DNA of 64,000 nt, taken from NCBI GenBank assembly GCA_020072845.1, contig JAIQGF010000011.1:350173-414172 (forward strand). The letters are read 5' to 3'. Made by a program: the position numbers and the translations under genes. How positions within the stretch are numbered: the first letter of the stretch is position 1; every line of letters begins with the position of its first letter. The notes under the pieces are model-generated. The model worked only from the letters and a program-made list of their open reading frames with translations. It was not told the origin of the DNA and did no database searches. Shown here piece after piece: positions 1 through 8,194 of this stretch. The stretch is from Terriglobia bacterium (lineage in GTDB: Bacteria; Acidobacteriota; Terriglobia; Terriglobales; Acidobacteriaceae).

Positions 1-14
1 AGACGGTGGGACCT

Positions 15-53
15 GAACCCGAAACTGCGCACTCAAAACCCGAAACTGAAACT
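15..53 (+). repeat. GAAACT-type array at the window edge
   Basis: GAACCCGAAACTGCGCACTCAAAACCCGAAACTGAAACT. Confidence 0.6.
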
Positions 54-280
54 TCTTCGTCGGGTTGGGACTGACTTCCGCAAGAAACGCCGAGGGGAGA
101 GGCGAGGGATTATACATCAGGCAACGGGAAAGGCTGGATGGATCGCGAAGTCAGCACCCGGGACGGAGGGTACCTCCCTGGCAAGCGGGGACAACGGTTT
201 TTTTTCCCCGGCGCTTGAGCTATAGTGGCGGCTCTGTCAGGAAGCACCAGTGTGCCCGCGCGCGCTGGTCAGGCCGGCCT

Positions 281-2344
281 ATGAGCACCACCAGAGCAAC
301 GCCGGACAAGGCGAGCGTTTCCAGCGCCTTGCGCACCATGCCCGCCGTCATCTGCTTCGATGGCGACACACTGGCGCACAAGGCGATTGCCGCCTGCCAG
401 CGCTACGCGCGGGTGAAGTACGCCGACCTGGCGTCGCGCGAGGCGGAGACCATCGTGGTGGTCTCCTCGGAACGGCTGCTGGCGCAATACCAGCCGCTGC
501 TGCGCGCGCCCAACATCCGCATCATCGCCCTTTCCGACACCCGCTACCGCGACGCGCGGCTGGACGGCGCTGTGTACGGGTACCTGCCGACCAATACCCA
601 GCCGTTGCTGGTGGAACGCATGATGGACCAGGCGCTGGACCACATCCATCTGTCGGCGACGCGGCGGGAGGCGAACGAGCGGCTGGACCGGGCGACCAAC
701 GAGATCAAGGAACTGAACGCGATCGGGGCGGCGCTGTCGGCCGAGCACGACACGGACAAGCTGCTGGAGATGATCCTGACCAAGTCGCGGGAGATCACCA
801 AGAGCGACGCGGGATCGTTGTACCTGGTGGAAGAAGTGCCGCTGGAGGGCGAGGCGCTGCCGCCGGCGCCGGAGGAACTGAAGGAGTACGGCGGCGCCAA
901 GCTGGTGGTCAGCCGCAAGGAAAAAACCAAAAAGGTGCTGCTCTTCAAGCTGCCGCAGAATGACACCGTGGGGAACGTCGCGTTCCGCGAAGCGGTGATG
1001 GAGATCAGCGACAAGTCCATCGCGGGCTACGTGGTGCAGACGGGCGAGATCGTGAACCTGGAAGACGCCTATCACCTGCCGGAGCTGGTGCCGTACTCGT
1101 TCAACCGCAAGTTCGACGAGGATTCGGGCTACCGCACCAAGTCCATGATCGCGGTGCCGATGCGCAACCCGAAGACGGGGGAGATCGTGGGCGTGGTGCA
1201 GTTGATCAACGCCAAGCGGAGCGCCGAGGCGAAGCTGAATTCGCTGTCGGCGGTGGTGACGCAGGTGGTGGCGTACACGGTGCGGCAGCAGGAGATGGTG
1301 GCGTCGCTGGCCAGCCAGGCGGCGGTGGCGCTGGAAAACAGCAAGCTGTACCAGAAACAGCAGGAGCTGTTCGAGGGATTCGTGAAGGCGTCGGTGACCG
1401 CGATTGAATCGCGAGATCCGACCACGTCGGGCCATTCGGAACGGGTGATGAACCTGACGGTGGCGCTGGCGGAAACGGTGGACCGAGCCGGCGACGGGGT
1501 GTACAAGGACGTCCAATTCACGCGCGACCAGATGAAGGAGATCCGGTACGCGTCGCTGCTGCACGATTTCGGCAAGGTGGGCGTGCCCGAGCAAGTGCTG
1601 GTCAAGGCGATGAAGTTGCTTCCAGCGGACTTTAGGGATCTCCAGCGGCGGTTCCGCGACTCGGTGAAGCGCAGCATGCAGGTGCGGTCGCTGCAGTCGA
1701 AGCTCAATTACGTGCTGGAAAAGGGGCGCGACGAGTACCTTGCCAAGCAGACCGAGTACGACGCGTTCTTCGAGCAGCAGTTGCAGGAAGTGGATGGATT
1801 TTTCGCTACGGTGCTGCAGTCGAACGAGCCGACGGTGCTGGCGGAAGGAAATTTCGACAAGCTGAAGGAGATCACGGCGCGGCACTTTTTGGTTTTCGAC
1901 GGCACGGACGAGCAGTTGCTGACGCCGTACGAGGCGCAGCTGCTGTCGATCCCCAAGGGATCGCTGGATGAAAATGAGCGGCTGCTGATCGAGTCGCACG
2001 TGACGCACACCTTCGAGTTTCTCAGCAAGATTCCGTGGACCAAGGAGATCCGTAACATTCCGGAAATCGCGCGCGGCCACCACGAAAAGCTGACCGGGAA
2101 GGGATATCCCAACAAGCTGACGGCGCCGGAGATTCCGCTGCAAACGCGGATGATGACGATCTCCGACATTTTTGACGCGCTGGGGGCGAGCGACCGTCCT
2201 TACAAAAAGGCCGTGACACTGGAAAGGTCGCTGCAAATCCTGGAGGCGGAGGTGAAGGACGGCAACATCGATTCCAACCTGTTCCGCCTGTTCGTGGAAG
2301 CCAAGATTTGGGAGCGCTGGTATCAGGCACCGTTCCCGTACTAG
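281..2344 (+). CDS. HD-GYP domain signalling protein with GAF-like domain (probable c-di-GMP phosphodiesterase)
   Basis: ORF 65-2344 trimmed to the ATG at 281 (MSTTRATP). HD-GYP signatures HDFGKVGVP and HHEKLTGKGYP. GAF-like central region and receiver-like N-terminus. Confidence 0.85.
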   Translation: MSTTRATPDKASVSSALRTMPAVICFDGDTLAHKAIAACQRYARVKYADLASREAETIVVVSSERLLAQYQPLLRAPNIRIIALSDTRYRDARLDGAVYGYLPTNTQPLLVERMMDQALDHIHLSATRREANERLDRATNEIKELNAIGAALSAEHDTDKLLEMILTKSREITKSDAGSLYLVEEVPLEGEALPPAPEELKEYGGAKLVVSRKEKTKKVLLFKLPQNDTVGNVAFREAVMEISDKSIAGYVVQTGEIVNLEDAYHLPELVPYSFNRKFDEDSGYRTKSMIAVPMRNPKTGEIVGVVQLINAKRSAEAKLNSLSAVVTQVVAYTVRQQEMVASLASQAAVALENSKLYQKQQELFEGFVKASVTAIESRDPTTSGHSERVMNLTVALAETVDRAGDGVYKDVQFTRDQMKEIRYASLLHDFGKVGVPEQVLVKAMKLLPADFRDLQRRFRDSVKRSMQVRSLQSKLNYVLEKGRDEYLAKQTEYDAFFEQQLQEVDGFFATVLQSNEPTVLAEGNFDKLKEITARHFLVFDGTDEQLLTPYEAQLLSIPKGSLDENERLLIESHVTHTFEFLSKIPWTKEIRNIPEIARGHHEKLTGKGYPNKLTAPEIPLQTRMMTISDIFDALGASDRPYKKAVTLERSLQILEAEVKDGNIDSNLFRLFVEAKIWERWYQAPFPY

Positions 2345-2374
2345 CTCTCAGCTATCAGCTCTCAGCTTTCAGTC
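2345..2374 (+). repeat. TCAGCTN heptamer array
   Basis: CTCTCAGCTATCAGCTCTCAGCTTTCAGTC, starting 1 nt after the HD-GYP gene stop. Confidence 0.85.
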
Positions 2375-2433
2375 TGTAACGCCGACAGCGACGTGAGTGG
2401 TGGGCCCGGATTTTGCCATGTGATACGCGCTCA

Positions 2434-2835
2434 CTACGCCAGATACAGCTCCGCCAATAAGGCGTACGCCCGGCGCAGGTGCGGGATCACGATGGAGCCG
2501 CCGACCATGAGCGCGACGTTGAGCGCTTCCTCCTGCTCGGGACGCGAGGCGCCGAGGCGGTACGACTGGATGATGTGGTAGTTGATGCAGTCGTCGCAGC
2601 GCAGCCCGGCGGAAACCACCAGCCCCATCAATTCCTTGTACTTGGCCGGGATCGCGCCTTCCAGGTAGGTATTGTGGTCGAGGTTGTAGAAGCGCTTGAC
2701 CAGGTAGTTGTCGGCGGCGTCCACGTTCTCATTCAGCCGGCGGCGCGTGGCAAGGAATTGGCGCGCGATGGGGCTGCGCGCGGCGGCGTCTTGTTCGCTG
2801 TGGAGGTAGGCGGGCTCGCGGCGATCGTCAGGCAT
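2434..2835 (-). CDS. carboxymuconolactone decarboxylase / AhpD-like family protein
   Basis: 133-aa ORF with a CxxC-type motif (RCDDCINYH) typical of the AhpD-like core. Confidence 0.75.
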   Translation of the reverse strand: MPDDRREPAYLHSEQDAAARSPIARQFLATRRRLNENVDAADNYLVKRFYNLDHNTYLEGAIPAKYKELMGLVVSAGLRCDDCINYHIIQSYRLGASRPEQEEALNVALMVGGSIVIPHLRRAYALLAELYLA

Positions 2836-2846
2836 GGGGCAATTCT

Positions 2847-2874
2847 ATCGGGTGATCGGGCGATCGGGCGATCG
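2847..2874 (+). repeat. ATCGGGYG octamer array
   Basis: ATCGGGTGATCGGGCGATCGGGCGATCG. Confidence 0.8.
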
Positions 2875-2942
2875 AACAGCAATTCACCATCTTTGCCGAT
2901 TGCGGATTGAAGAACGGCAGTACGAGCGCATAGACTCTGGCG

Positions 2943-4424
2943 ATGCGCTTTCAACCAAGTTCACGTTTCCCTATGTACTTAATACTGGCCATCCTGGGCG
3001 GGCTGGCGTTTGCGATGCTGGCCATGTCAGGCCGGTCCGCAACGCTGCAGAACTCCCAACATGGCCCGGTATTGACGGAAACACACCGGTCATATCGCTT
3101 TCATCGCGATGGGTGGACGTATGTGCACCTGGAGGGATCGCCGGCGGAGATCGGATATCAGCACGGGTACCTGCTGGCGCCGGAAATCGAGGACGCGTTC
3201 CAGGCGGTGAAGCTGCAGAACACGCACAACACCAAGCGCGATTGGGATTTTTTCCGCGCGACGGCGCGCGACGTCCTGTGGCCGCACATTGACACCGAGT
3301 ACCAGCAGGAATTGCAGGGGATCGCCAATGGGCTGAAGGGGCGCGGCGCCGCCATGGATGTGTGGGACGTGGTGGCGCTGAACGCCTTCGAGGAGGTGCC
3401 GGATTACTATGTGCCGTGGCTGGAGGAGAAGCAGAAACGCGCGGGGTTGGAAGCGCCGGAACATCCACCGCTGCACGCGCCGGGGAATTGCAGCGCGTTC
3501 GTGGCCACCGGGAGCTGGACGAAGGATCATCGTCCGGTGATCGCGCACAATAACTGGACCAGCGTTCTACACGGGGCGCGCTGGCGAATCATCTTCGACA
3601 TCGTGCCGCAGAAGGGCTACCGCATGATCATGGACGGATTTCCGGGGGTGATCGTCAGCGATGACGACTTCACCATCAATGCGGCGGGCCTGGCGGTGAC
3701 GGAGACGACGATCGCGCGCTTCCACGGCTACGATCCCAACGGCAAGCCGGAGTTCGTGCGCGCCCGCAAGGCGACACAGTACGCGAAGTCCATCGATGAG
3801 TACGTCAAGATCATGAACGACGGCAACAACGGCGGCTACGCCAACGACTGGCTGCTGGCGGACTTCAACACCGGCGAGGTGGCGCGCTTCGAGCAGGGCC
3901 TGAAGCACACTCGTCTATGGCGGACGAAGGACGGGTACTACGTGGGGTCGAATTTTCCCAGCGACCCGGAATTAATCAAGGACGAAACCGATTTCGATGT
4001 CAGCGACAAGTCGAGCTCGATGAACGCGCGGCACGCGCGCTGGGACCAGTTGATGGCGCAGCATAAAGGGAAGATTGACGCCGCGCTGGCGGAGAAGTTC
4101 GAGAGCGACCACTACGATTCATTCCAGAAGAAAGAAGAGGCGAGCGAGCGGACGCTGTGCGGGCACGTGGAGACGTCGCCGCGCGGGACCAAGGAATGGG
4201 ACTGGGATCCGTATTATCCCGGAGGCACGGTGCAGGCCAAGGCCGCCGACGCGGCCATGGCGAAGAAGATGGCTTTCGTGGCGCGCGCCGGTCATGCGTG
4301 CGGCGGCAACTTCAAGGCGGCGGAGTTCCTGGCGGCGCATCCGGAGTTTGCATGGCAAAAACCGGCGCTGACGGACATGATCGCCGGGCCGTGGACGGAG
4401 TTCACGATCGGCGAGAGGAAGTGA
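2943..4424 (+). CDS. C45-family peptidase / Ntn-hydrolase-like protein
   Basis: 493-aa ORF with an N-terminal hydrophobic segment. GNCSAF nucleophile-like motif followed by HNNW. Start could be the downstream Met at 2973. Confidence 0.65.
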   Translation: MRFQPSSRFPMYLILAILGGLAFAMLAMSGRSATLQNSQHGPVLTETHRSYRFHRDGWTYVHLEGSPAEIGYQHGYLLAPEIEDAFQAVKLQNTHNTKRDWDFFRATARDVLWPHIDTEYQQELQGIANGLKGRGAAMDVWDVVALNAFEEVPDYYVPWLEEKQKRAGLEAPEHPPLHAPGNCSAFVATGSWTKDHRPVIAHNNWTSVLHGARWRIIFDIVPQKGYRMIMDGFPGVIVSDDDFTINAAGLAVTETTIARFHGYDPNGKPEFVRARKATQYAKSIDEYVKIMNDGNNGGYANDWLLADFNTGEVARFEQGLKHTRLWRTKDGYYVGSNFPSDPELIKDETDFDVSDKSSSMNARHARWDQLMAQHKGKIDAALAEKFESDHYDSFQKKEEASERTLCGHVETSPRGTKEWDWDPYYPGGTVQAKAADAAMAKKMAFVARAGHACGGNFKAAEFLAAHPEFAWQKPALTDMIAGPWTEFTIGERK

Positions 4425-4425
4425 G

Positions 4426-4464
4426 TTTGGATTTTGGAATTGGTAATTTGCAATCTGCAATTGG
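4426..4464 (+). repeat. GTAATTT/GCAATTT word arm (solo)
   Basis: TTTGGATTTTGGAATTGGTAATTTGCAATCTGCAATTGG. Shares GGAATTGGTAATTTGCAAT with 40350. Confidence 0.8.
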
Positions 4465-4540
4465 GCCTGCGCTTCGCCAACCACCGGGCTACGATAAAAT
4501 TCAAAGTCGCATATTTTCCGCACGAAAGGCTCTCCGGCCG

Positions 4541-5914
4541 ATGAGAATGCTATTTGGAACCGACGGGATCCGCGGCGTGGCGGGCGATCCGCCGCTGGAT
4601 GCCGCTACCGTGTATGCCGTGGGTGCGGCGCTGGGGCAGCAGTTGAAGGCGCAGCACGGCGACGCGCAGGTGGTGATCGGGCAGGACACGCGGGAGTCGA
4701 GCGCGTGGATTGCGGAGTCGCTGACACGCGGACTGGAATCGGCGGGCGTCGCCGCGCAGAGCGCAGGCGTGATCACCACGCCGGCGGTGGCTTTTTTGGC
4801 GCGCGGCGGTTTTGCCGCGGGCGTGGTGATTTCCGCATCGCACAATCCCTGGACCGATAACGGCATCAAGATCTTCGGGCACGACGGCTACAAGCTTTCC
4901 GATGAGGTGGAGGAAAAACTGGAGGGCGACATCTTCGCGCTGCTGCACGGGAACCGGGTTCCGGCCGCCGCGGCGCAGCCAAGCGACAAGCCGGGGCCGA
5001 TGGGGACCGAGCCGCGGCTGCTGAAGGAATATGTCGCGTGGCTGGCGAAAAACGTGGAAGGGACTTCGCTGCGCCGCCTGCGCGTGCTGGTGGACTGTGC
5101 GAACGGAGCGGCGACACCGGTGGCGCACGAGGTGTTTCGAATTTGCGGCATTCACGCCGAACTGACCTGCGATCAGCCGAGCGGGCAGAACATCAACGAG
5201 AGTTGCGGCGCGCTCCATCCGAAAATCGTCGCGGAAAAAGTCGCGCAGCGGCGCGGGATCTTCGACCTGGGAGTCACCTTCGACGGAGACGCAGACCGGG
5301 CGCTGTTCTCGGACCGCAAAGGACGAGTGGTGAACGGCGACGCCGTCCTGCTGCTGGCGGCGCGCGACATGAAGGCGCGGGGGCGGCTGAAGGGCGACAC
5401 GGTGGTGGCGACCACGATGTCGAACATGGGCCTGGAGGTGGCACTGGAGCGCAGCGGCATCCGCATGCTGCGGGCGCCGGTGGGAGACAAATACGTGCTG
5501 GAGGAGATGAAAAAGACAGGCGCGACGCTGGGAGGCGAGCAGTCGGGACACATCATCTTCCGCGACGGCGATTCCACCACCGGCGACGGCCTGCTGACCG
5601 CGTTGCGGGTGATGGAGGTGATGGCGCGCAGCGGAAAGCCGCTGCACGAACTGGTCGGCGATTTGAAGGTCTATCCGCAGACGATCAAGAACGTGCGGGT
5701 CAGGGAGAAGACCCCGTTCGCCGATTTGCCCGAGGTCGCCGGCGCCATTGACGCGGCGCAGAAGGAGCTGCACGGGAGCGGAAGGGTCGTGGTGCGATAT
5801 TCCGGGACGGAGGCGCTGGCGCGCGTGATGGTGGAAGCGGAGTCGGAAGACACGATGCGGCGGATCACGGAAGGAATCGCGGGAGCGATTGAGAGAGCGA
5901 TAGGGATTTCGTAA
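4541..5914 (+). CDS. glmM: phosphoglucosamine mutase
   Basis: MRMLFGTDGIRGVAG N-terminus and SASHNPWTDNGIK phosphoserine loop. The long ORF from 4157 is trimmed to the ATG at 4541. Confidence 0.95.
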   Translation: MRMLFGTDGIRGVAGDPPLDAATVYAVGAALGQQLKAQHGDAQVVIGQDTRESSAWIAESLTRGLESAGVAAQSAGVITTPAVAFLARGGFAAGVVISASHNPWTDNGIKIFGHDGYKLSDEVEEKLEGDIFALLHGNRVPAAAAQPSDKPGPMGTEPRLLKEYVAWLAKNVEGTSLRRLRVLVDCANGAATPVAHEVFRICGIHAELTCDQPSGQNINESCGALHPKIVAEKVAQRRGIFDLGVTFDGDADRALFSDRKGRVVNGDAVLLLAARDMKARGRLKGDTVVATTMSNMGLEVALERSGIRMLRAPVGDKYVLEEMKKTGATLGGEQSGHIIFRDGDSTTGDGLLTALRVMEVMARSGKPLHELVGDLKVYPQTIKNVRVREKTPFADLPEVAGAIDAAQKELHGSGRVVVRYSGTEALARVMVEAESEDTMRRITEGIAGAIERAIGIS

Positions 5915-6023
5915 TTTGGTAATTTTGTAATTTGGTAATTTGAAATACAGGTGGCAGTCAGAGGCAAGACTCGACGCCTGACCTCTGGAAATTACTAAAT
6001 TACCAACTTACGAAATTACCAAG
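5911..6023. repeat. GTAATTT word inverted pair
   Basis: GTAATTTGGTAATTTTGTAATTTGGTAATTTG ... GGAAATTACTAAATTACCAACTTACGAAATTACCAAG. The glmM stop TAA lies inside the first word. Confidence 0.9.
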
Positions 6024-6037
6024 TCCTGGAACCCCAC

Positions 6038-6763
6038 ATGATCGACATCGCTGCCAACGATCGCGTATTCGTTCTGACCGGCGCGGGAGTGAGCGCGGAG
6101 AGCGGGCTGCCGACGTTTCGCGGGGCGGGCGGGTTGTGGCGGGGTTATCGCGTGGAGGAGGTCGCGTCGCCGGTGGCGTGGGCGCGCGATCCGCGGATGG
6201 TGTGGGAGTTTTATTCCATGCGGCGCAAAGCGCACCGCGAGAAGCAGCCGAACCCGGCGCACTTCGCGCTGGCAAAACTGGAGGAGGCGCTCGGGGACCG
6301 GTTTTTCCTGTGCACGCAGAATGTGGACAAGCTGCACGAGGAGGCGGGGTCGCGCAGCGTGGTCCACATGCACGGGCGGCTGTTCCAGAGCCGGTGCGAC
6401 AGCTGCGCCCGGCCGCCGTTCGAGGACGCCAACATCTACGAGGACGAGGTGCCGCGCTGCGCGTGCGGCGGGCAAATCCGGCCGCATATCTGCTGGTTCG
6501 GCGAAACGCCGTACGAGATGGAGGTGATTGAGCGGGAACTGCAGCGCTGCTCGGTGTTCATGGCGGTGGGAACGTCGGGCGTGGTGTACCCGGCGGCGGC
6601 ATTCGCGGCTCAGGCACGCCGCAGCGGCGGGGCGAGGACGTATTACGTAGGGCCGGAGGAACCGGCCAACCGTGCCCTGTTCGACGAGTGCTACCTGGGC
6701 ATGGCCGGGGAGTTGCTGCCACGGCTGTTCCACTGGTCCCAACTCGGTGCAGTAAGTGTTTGA
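6038..6763 (+). CDS. cobB: NAD-dependent protein deacylase (Sir2 family)
   Basis: GAGVSAESGLPTFRG motif, QNVDKLH, and zinc-ribbon cysteines CxxC...CxC. Confidence 0.9.
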   Translation: MIDIAANDRVFVLTGAGVSAESGLPTFRGAGGLWRGYRVEEVASPVAWARDPRMVWEFYSMRRKAHREKQPNPAHFALAKLEEALGDRFFLCTQNVDKLHEEAGSRSVVHMHGRLFQSRCDSCARPPFEDANIYEDEVPRCACGGQIRPHICWFGETPYEMEVIERELQRCSVFMAVGTSGVVYPAAAFAAQARRSGGARTYYVGPEEPANRALFDECYLGMAGELLPRLFHWSQLGAVSV

Positions 6764-6872
6764 CTTAGCCGGGTGGCAGACCTACTCTGTTGCGCAAGCG
6801 GGCGAGGTTTCGGCAGGTTTTCCAATTTTTCCTCAATAGAATCGCCTCTGGCACCCGCATCGAGGTTTGGCC

Positions 6873-8168
6873 ATGCGTGCACCACAAGTCCTCGCCAAGT
6901 ACGCAGTCCTTGTATTGTGTTTCGCCGCACCGTTCGTGTTTTCACAGTCCGGCGGCCAAACCGGCGGGGGTAGCACGACGAAGAACACTCCCAGCGTGCC
7001 CGCACGCCCGACGTCGCCCAGAATACAGGAGGAGCGCCGGTTAGTGTTCCTCAGCGGGCGAGTCACGCTGGACGACGGCACGGAGCCGCCGGAACGGGCG
7101 TCAATCGAACGCGTGTGCAACGGACGGGTGCGGCGCGAGTCCTATACCGACTCGCACGGACAGTTCGGGTTTCAGTTGGGCGCGGAGGATCGAGGTTTTC
7201 AGGATGCATCGGTGGGGGGCGGTCCCGATCCGATGCGCAACATGTCACCGTTCCCGAATCCACAAGCGGCAGGCAGGTCACTCGGGACGGCGAGTCAAGG
7301 GGCCACGCAGCAGGACGGGACGGCGAGTCAAGGGGTCACGCAGCAGTACGGGACGGCGAGTCAAGGGGTCACGCAGCAGGAATGGCTGGGTTGCGAGCTA
7401 CGCGCGAACCTGGCAGGATTCCGTTCGGATTCCATTGCGCTGGCAGGGCGCCAGCTCTTCGACAATGGCAGCGTGGGGACGATCGTGCTGCACCGTCTCG
7501 GCAACGTAGAGGGCACCAGCATCAGCGCCACCTCGCTGCGGGCGCCGCGGAATGCGAAAAAGGCGTTTGAACGTGGCCAGAATTTTCTGAAGAAAGGGAA
7601 CAAAGCGGAGGCGGCCGGGCAGTTCAGCAAAGCGATCGAATTGTATCCGATGTACGCAGAGGCACGGATGCAACTCGGCGATATCTACGCCAACCTGGGA
7701 CGCCGTGAGGAAGCGAAAAAGTCGTACGAGCAGGCCCTCGAAGCTGATCCGCACTTCCTGCCGCCGTACTTCGGCCTGGCGGTGCTGGCGGCCCAGGAGA
7801 AGGATTGGAAGTCTGTCGCCGAACTCAGCGCACGCGCGCTGGCGCTGAATGCCTACGAATATCCCGTCGCGTATTTTTACGATGCGGCCGCCAACTACAA
7901 TCTGCGCAACTTCGATCGGGCCGAGAAAAGCGCGCGCGCGGGACAGCGACTGGATTCGCAACATCGCTTGCCGCGTATTGATTTCATTCTCGCCAACGTC
8001 CTCATGCAACGCGGGGACTTTGCCGGCGCCGCCGAGCAACTGCGCTCGTTCCTGAATCATGCGCCACCCGGCGCGGAGGCGGACGAGGCGCGTGAAATGC
8101 TGGCGGGCACCGAGAGCAGGCTGGCGGCCGCCGCTCCGGCCGCCAACGCGGTGGCGACGCCGAAGTAA
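6873..8168 (+). CDS. secreted TPR-repeat protein with carboxypeptidase-regulatory-like N-domain
   Basis: Signal-peptide-like start with an SD (GAGG) 7 nt upstream of the ATG at 6873. TPR-like C-terminal half. Contains a 3 x 33 bp in-frame repeat. Confidence 0.7.
   Translation: MRAPQVLAKYAVLVLCFAAPFVFSQSGGQTGGGSTTKNTPSVPARPTSPRIQEERRLVFLSGRVTLDDGTEPPERASIERVCNGRVRRESYTDSHGQFGFQLGAEDRGFQDASVGGGPDPMRNMSPFPNPQAAGRSLGTASQGATQQDGTASQGVTQQYGTASQGVTQQEWLGCELRANLAGFRSDSIALAGRQLFDNGSVGTIVLHRLGNVEGTSISATSLRAPRNAKKAFERGQNFLKKGNKAEAAGQFSKAIELYPMYAEARMQLGDIYANLGRREEAKKSYEQALEADPHFLPPYFGLAVLAAQEKDWKSVAELSARALALNAYEYPVAYFYDAAANYNLRNFDRAEKSARAGQRLDSQHRLPRIDFILANVLMQRGDFAGAAEQLRSFLNHAPPGAEADEAREMLAGTESRLAAAAPAANAVATPK
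7284..7382 (+). repeat. in-frame 33-bp tandem repeat x3 (GTASQG[AV]TQQ[DY])
   Basis: Units at 7284-7316, 7317-7349 and 7350-7382 are near-identical. Confidence 0.9.
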
Positions 8169-8194
8169 TCGTTGCCGGACGCGGGATCGCGCCA

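Noticed and set aside
269-2236. 655-aa minus-strand ORF, and other long ORFs overlapping the HD-GYP gene
   Set aside because: It is an antisense shadow ORF typical of high-GC DNA. The composition is Arg/Leu/His-rich, there are no recognisable motifs, and the plus-strand frame has clear HD-GYP/GAF signatures.
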